DNA from: Squalus acanthias
Lineage: Eukaryota
NCBI GenBank assembly: GCA_030390025.1
Contig: CM059432.1
Span: forward strand, 38,504,001-38,568,000
Reading direction: 5' to 3'
DNA length: 64,000 nt
Positions 62,106-64,000 of this stretch are shown here, one piece after another (positions within the stretch are counted from its first letter, which is position 1; every line of letters begins with the position of its first letter). The position numbers and the translations under genes are program-made. The notes beneath the pieces were generated by a model. It ran no database searches, had not been told where the DNA came from, and worked only from the letters and a program-made list of their open reading frames with translations.

Positions 62106-63422
62106 AACCGGAAGTGAAAATAACTTCTATTTTATATTGCTGCCTCAAAATACCTCATCATAATAGGGTGTGTTTCAAACTCGGGACGTGGATAAATGTT
62201 TTTAAAATGGAAACATTTAAAGAGGTGTGAAGAAAGTGGGAACAAGTGAATAGCTTTTTCAAAGCACTGGCATGATGGGCCGAATGGCCTCCTTCTGTGC
62301 TCTAACATTCAATGATTCAAACCAACCTTCACAATCAGCAAGTAGAAAGTTCTATCCAATTGATATGTAGCTCTTAGCACAAATCTATTATTTGCAAAAA
62401 AAAGAAAATCTCTTGACAAATTTATTCAAGCATTTACAACTCTGACAGGTGATATCTGTTTTCTGTAAGTGAATAGTTTAGTCAGTGATAGCTTTGTGAC
62501 GGGTCCCTTTTGGATCTAGTCATCTAGACAAGAATACCAGAGCTCTGCAAAATTCACATTTCATTAGCAAATCTGCATCCAGCAGGTTGGCACTGCAGTT
62601 TGCTTTGTGGATCCTCATCCATAAAACAAGGGAAATCTGCAGCTATGCACTCTGCTTGCTGCTCCAGTCAGGCACCAGACCAGGGAAAATTAATGACATC
62701 TAATGTACCAGTGACTGCTCATCAAGGGAAGCAAATGAGAGATTCCATTGTGGCTTCACTGCTGAGCTGAGTGAAGACTTTCACACAATGCCAAATCAGA
62801 GATTTTATTTGTCACAAGCCCTGACACTAAAAATATGCTAAATTACCATATGTCCTTTACATTGTTTGAATAATCGGTGTCTGACAGCTAAAACAGAACA
62901 ATAATCAGGTATCAGCTGGCTCTCTCCATAGACAGAGTGAAAATAAAATGTCAAAACACTGAGGGAAAGAGCTGGGAGCAGAGATTGTCATTTCACTAAT
63001 GTGGAAGGAAAGTTACAAGCAAATTGCAGATAGTTATTTTTAGTTATACCCACATTAGGGAAAATGTTCTGATTTCATGCTCCCTGGCAGGGAGCTTTGC
63101 TTGCCGAGAATGTATATCAGAAATTGTGGCTTGCGCTGCGCACAATTTTCCAACCATTTAAAATAATGGTCAAAAGATCGTGCACGCCTGAATTTCCAAC
63201 CTGCGTTCTCTGTGGGCAAGGCTCCCCACCAGAAGCACAAAATCTGAAAAGTATCCTACATTATGTCATAATCTCTAACTGCTTCCTTTCATTAAATTTT
63301 AAACCAATCCTGCTCGTTGAAATTAAATATTATTTTTCTTTTGCCAGCACCACAGCAGTGTAACAATCTGTAACGTGAAACAGTAGGACTTCGGCTCGTT
63401 CAAGCATCTTACACATAACAAA

Positions 63423-64000
63423 GACCAGAAATTCGGTATCGCCCCGTTTGGGCCGCAATTATCGGCCGGGCCCAAAGTTTAGCGCCTGGCGCTAATTATC
63501 GCCCCCGACTGCAAACTTGGCTTCTATCGCCCCTGGAGGTGATTCGAGCGCTAAATCAGGCACTACACACCTCTCTTAAGGCGCTAACGCCGAGGAGCGA
63601 GGTGTTACCTCAGAGTGCTGGCGAAGCTCATGTGATGTCAGTCAGCAGTGGAACACAGACACACTGGTGCCAGGCAGTTCTTAAAGGGGAGGGTCGATCT
63701 TGCTTTCCATCCACATCCTGCTCATTGCAGCCTTGAATCTCAGCCTGAGAGACCTGTACATCAAATCTGCTGGAAAGAACAATGGAGAGGCCCAGGGAAA
63801 GAGTTCAGAGTGCAGCCCCCATAGTCTCTTCTAAATCGATGCAAGGAAGGTCAAATCAAACTGAACCTGCAAAGTGCTGCTCAATACCCAAAACTCCTTC
63901 ACACAGCGTTGAATCTCTCCAGAAGTCTCTCTCTCTCAGAATGCGTGTTGCAAAAATGTCACCTACAAAAAAAGGCAGGAAGCGGTTGCCTTTAAGTAGC
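63423..64000 (+). mobile_element. Harbinger-type MITE, ~890-bp family (copy 4, runs off the window)
   Basis: Colinear with 16634-17220. Confidence 0.88.

Overview
Eukaryotic (vertebrate) non-coding DNA. The repeat families (esterase-ORF1 CR1 LINEs, L2, RTE, DeuSINE-like SINEs, GC-rich Harbinger MITEs) suggest a cartilaginous fish; this is inference. I found no convincing host protein-coding exon, rRNA or CRISPR. Most of the window is nested transposable elements: two near-full-length CR1 LINEs (12378-15911 +; 44995-48665 -) and many truncated CR1/L2/RTE copies and SINEs. There is also a degenerate two-gene PIF/Harbinger transposon (31215-35287), a Myb-only Harbinger derivative (5401-12187) and several Harbinger-type MITEs with 3-bp TSDs. 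A young full-length Ty3/Gypsy element (50721-56941, -) has 194-bp LTRs differing at one base. It is the most unusual feature. It has no tRNA primer-binding site. Instead, the 11 nt just inside the 5' LTR are perfectly complementary to an 11-mer within the LTR, a Tf1-like self-priming design. Its RT carries YLDN in place of YxDD. Boundaries of old, degraded repeats are approximate.
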